DNA from: Anaerolineae bacterium
GTDB taxonomy: Bacteria; Chloroflexota; Anaerolineae; DSLN01
Assembly (NCBI GenBank): GCA_034432795.1
Contig: DAOUBF010000078.1
Location: forward strand, 7,551-31,550
Direction: 5' to 3'
DNA length: 24,000 nt
In this document: positions 22,007 to 24,000 of the stretch, in pieces
How positions within the stretch are numbered: position 1 is the stretch's first letter
How the letters are laid out: the number at the start of each line of letters is the position of its first letter
Program-made: the position numbers and the translations under genes
Notes under the pieces: model-generated
The model's input: only the letters and a program-made list of their open reading frames with translations
Databases searched by the model: none
What the model was told of the DNA's origin: nothing

Positions 22007-23375
22007 GTTAGCCCGACGCATCCAGCGCGAGACCGGCCAGAACGTGTTCCTGTGCTATCAGTGCGTCAAATGCACCAGCGGCTGTCCCCTGGCCGCCTTT
22101 TTTGACCTCCAGCCCAACCAGGTCATGCGCGCGCTCCAATTGGGTCAGGAGGCGCTTGCCCTGAACGCCAAAACCCCCTGGCTGTGCGCCTCCTGCCTGA
22201 CCTGCACCACGCGCTGCCCCCAGGGCCTGGACGTCGCCTGCATCATGGCCCACCTGACCATGATCGCCCGCGAGGTGGGCATCGCGCCCAAGGTGCCCGA
22301 GGTGGCGCTGTTCAACAAAGCCTTCCTGCGCCAGGTGGACCTGTGGGGACGGGCCTATGAACTGGGGCTGATCGCCGAGCTGAACCTACGCAGCGGCCAG
22401 CCCTTTAGAGACCTCCCCCTAGGCCTTGAGATGCTGCGCAAGGGCAAGCTCAGGCTGCTCCCCTCCAGGGGGCGCCCGCCTAAACAGGTCAGGCCGGTTG
22501 AACCCAAGCCCAACCAGATCGCCTATTACCCCGGCTGCTCGCTCCACTCCACTGCGAGGGCTTTTGATCGCTCCGCGCGCGCCGTGTGTCAGGCCCTGGG
22601 GCTGGACCTCATTGAGCCGTCGGGCTGGATGTGCTGCGGCAGCACGGCAGCGCACAGGACCGACACCGACCTGGCGACCGAACTGCCACTGCGCAACCTG
22701 GTGCTGATAGAGCAGAGCGGCCTGACCGAGGCGGCCCTGCCCTGCGCCGCCTGCTTCAACCGCTTCCGCACCGCGCTCTACGAGACCCGCGCCGACCCGG
22801 AACTGAAGCGCCGCATGGAGGCCCGCATGGGCCTCCCCTTCCAGGACCGGGTCGCGGTGCGCTCGCTCCTGGATGTGCTCGTCAACCGCGTCGGGCTGGA
22901 GGCCATCGCCCGGCAGGTGAAACGCCCCCTGGCCGGGCTGAGGATCGTCTCTTACTACGGCTGCCTGCTGCTGCGTCCACCCCAGATCACCGGTGCGCCG
23001 CAGCCGGAGAACCCCCAGGACCTGGACCGGCTCATGGCGGCTCTGGGCGCGACGCCGGTGGACTGGTCGGAGAAGACGACGTGTTGTGGGGCCAGCCTAT
23101 CGCTCACGCGGGCGGACATTGTCCTGGAGCTTAGCCGCAACCTGATTGAGCGCGCCCGTGCCGCCGGCGCCGACCTGATCGCCGTGGCCTGCCCGCTATG
23201 CCATGCCAACCTGGATGAGCGCCAGGCACAGATGCACCTGGAGATGCCCCTGCCCGCGTTGTACTTCACCCAACTCGTAGCGCTGGCGCTGGGCCTGGGC
23301 GACGAAGCCACAGCACTCCACATGAACATGATTGACCCCAGGCCAACGCTGGCGCTTTATCTGGGGTCCAGATGA
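21981..23375 (+). CDS. hdrCB: Heterodisulfide reductase subunit C/B fusion (HdrD-like: 2x[4Fe-4S] ferredoxin domain + two CCG domains)
   Basis: 464 aa. The N-terminus has CYQCVKCTSGCP and CASCLTCTTRCP (HdrC-like). The C-terminus has YYPGCSLHS...WMCCGS and YYGCLLLRP...TTCCGASL...ACPLCHANLD (HdrB CCG domains). The ATG at 21981 has GGAAGGAG 9 nt upstream. It overlaps the metF 3' end by 26 nt. Confidence 0.9.
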   Translation: MAITELSPELARRIQRETGQNVFLCYQCVKCTSGCPLAAFFDLQPNQVMRALQLGQEALALNAKTPWLCASCLTCTTRCPQGLDVACIMAHLTMIAREVGIAPKVPEVALFNKAFLRQVDLWGRAYELGLIAELNLRSGQPFRDLPLGLEMLRKGKLRLLPSRGRPPKQVRPVEPKPNQIAYYPGCSLHSTARAFDRSARAVCQALGLDLIEPSGWMCCGSTAAHRTDTDLATELPLRNLVLIEQSGLTEAALPCAACFNRFRTALYETRADPELKRRMEARMGLPFQDRVAVRSLLDVLVNRVGLEAIARQVKRPLAGLRIVSYYGCLLLRPPQITGAPQPENPQDLDRLMAALGATPVDWSEKTTCCGASLSLTRADIVLELSRNLIERARAAGADLIAVACPLCHANLDERQAQMHLEMPLPALYFTQLVALALGLGDEATALHMNMIDPRPTLALYLGSR

Positions 23376-23834
23376 CGCGGCCCGCAGCGCTTCACCGCTA
23401 TGTAGAATGGTCATGGTGGACCAGCGCATCTGCGCCAACAATTCAGCCGGTGTCAGGACAGGAATAAGAGCCGCCTTGAAATCCTCTTTGTCCCGGCTGA
23501 CCAGTGCATCCAGCCCCGCAAGTGTGGCGCAGGCTATCTGGAGATTATCCTCAAAGTCGTTCCCTGGGAGAGCCTGTGCTTGTTCCAGCGCCTGCCGATC
23601 GACGGCACAGATTTCAAAAGCATCCAGGCAAATGCGCACAGCCTCGCGGGCGCTATTCAGTCCAGCGAGCCGACGGGCAATGTAGAAGATATCTGTGACA
23701 GATGAAGCGACAATATAGCCCGTGATACGGCCTTCATCATGCGCCTTCCAGAGTGCACTCGCCTCGGCAACCCAGGGCTCGCGCTTAAGCAGGACATCCA
23801 GAATAACATTGGTGTCCAGAAGAATCTGCATCAT
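23196..23834 (-). CDS. vapC: PIN-domain ribonuclease toxin (VapC-like) with a ~76-aa C-terminal extension
   Basis: MMQILLDTNVILDVLL...ITGYIVASSVTDIFY...NDFEDNLQIA...LVSRDKEDF carries the PIN acidic residues in the usual order. It has an ATGA overlap with the upstream antitoxin ORF. The PIN fold ends near aa 136 (about nt 23427), but the first in-frame stop is at 23196. Confidence 0.85.
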   Translation of the reverse strand: MMQILLDTNVILDVLLKREPWVAEASALWKAHDEGRITGYIVASSVTDIFYIARRLAGLNSAREAVRICLDAFEICAVDRQALEQAQALPGNDFEDNLQIACATLAGLDALVSRDKEDFKAALIPVLTPAELLAQMRWSTMTILHSGEALRAASSGPQIKRQRWPGVNHVHVECCGFVAQAQRQRYELGEVQRGQGHLQVHLCLALIQVGMA

Positions 23835-24000
23835 GTATACTTCTCTATACGATGCTCATCCAGCCACTGTTCAATCTCTTCATCGGATGGGGCAGGGCGC
23901 TCAGTTGCCAGGAGCCCAAGAGCTTTTTCAAGGGTATCGCGCTTGGGTCGTAGAGGCTCTATCTCCTTAGCGAGCGTCTTCAAAACATCCTGGACCAAAC
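23831..24000 (-). CDS. Putative antitoxin partner of the PIN toxin (5' end outside the window)
   Basis: My own translation of the minus strand gives ...LVQDVLKTLAKEIEPLRPKRDTLEKALGLLATERPAPSDEEIEQWLDEHRIEKYT*. Its stop TGA (23833-23831) overlaps the vapC ATG (23834-23832). It is small, sits upstream and is translationally coupled, as in type II TA pairs. The DNA-binding N-terminus is not visible. Confidence 0.6.
   Translation of the reverse strand, partial: LVQDVLKTLAKEIEPLRPKRDTLEKALGLLATERPAPSDEEIEQWLDEHRIEKYT

Noticed and set aside
1-24000. tRNA, rRNA, transposase/integrase genes or known multi-gene defence systems beyond R-M and TA
   Set aside because: I could not find cloverleaf-like sequences, rRNA-like conserved blocks, or DDE/tyrosine-recombinase motifs in any listed ORF. 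The spacers are too short to hide such genes.

Overview
This is a GC-rich bacterial window. Its core is one co-directional, tightly packed + strand supercluster of about 20.5 kb (2916-23375) for the Wood-Ljungdahl (reductive acetyl-CoA) pathway. In order it encodes:
- an HTH/HMA-like putative regulator
- CODH (cooS/acsA)
- acetyl-CoA synthase (acsB)
- the corrinoid Fe-S protein subunits (acsD, acsC)
- the reductive activator of the corrinoid protein (RACo/acsV-like)
- a CooC/AcsF Ni-insertion ATPase
- the methyltransferase acsE
- an unexpected transglutaminase-like ORF
- a giant ~1521-aa HdrA-GltD-HdrA fusion
- mvhD, metV and metF
- an HdrC-HdrB fusion

The last five form a MetFV-HdrABC-MvhD-type methylene-THF reductase module like the one described in Moorella.

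The core is flanked by visibly lower-GC accessory modules on the minus strand. On the left is a type II R-M pair: an open-ended REase ORF absent from the ORF track, whose start overlaps by 20 nt the 3' end of an internally duplicated beta-class MTase. On the right is a vapBC-like toxin-antitoxin pair, whose PIN ORF runs 180 nt antisense into the end of hdrCB.

Gene junctions in the operon carry several short repeat families:
- G/C-rich palindromic REP-like elements
- a GCAGAGA compound palindrome
- GGACGAC/CCTCCGA heptamer arrays
- a recurrent GGA-dense leader motif (AACGGAT, and an identical 15-mer GATAGGAATCAAGGA upstream of both cooS and acsB)

I saw no rRNA, tRNA, CRISPR array, transposase or integrase. 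The many long antisense ORFs in the track are high-GC artefacts.

I do not see a clearly new multi-gene system. The most unusual items are the nested-domain giant HdrA, the Cys-less HMA-fused HTH regulator next to cooS, the recurrent leader motif, and the pseudo-dimeric methyltransferase. Taxon cannot be determined from sequence alone.
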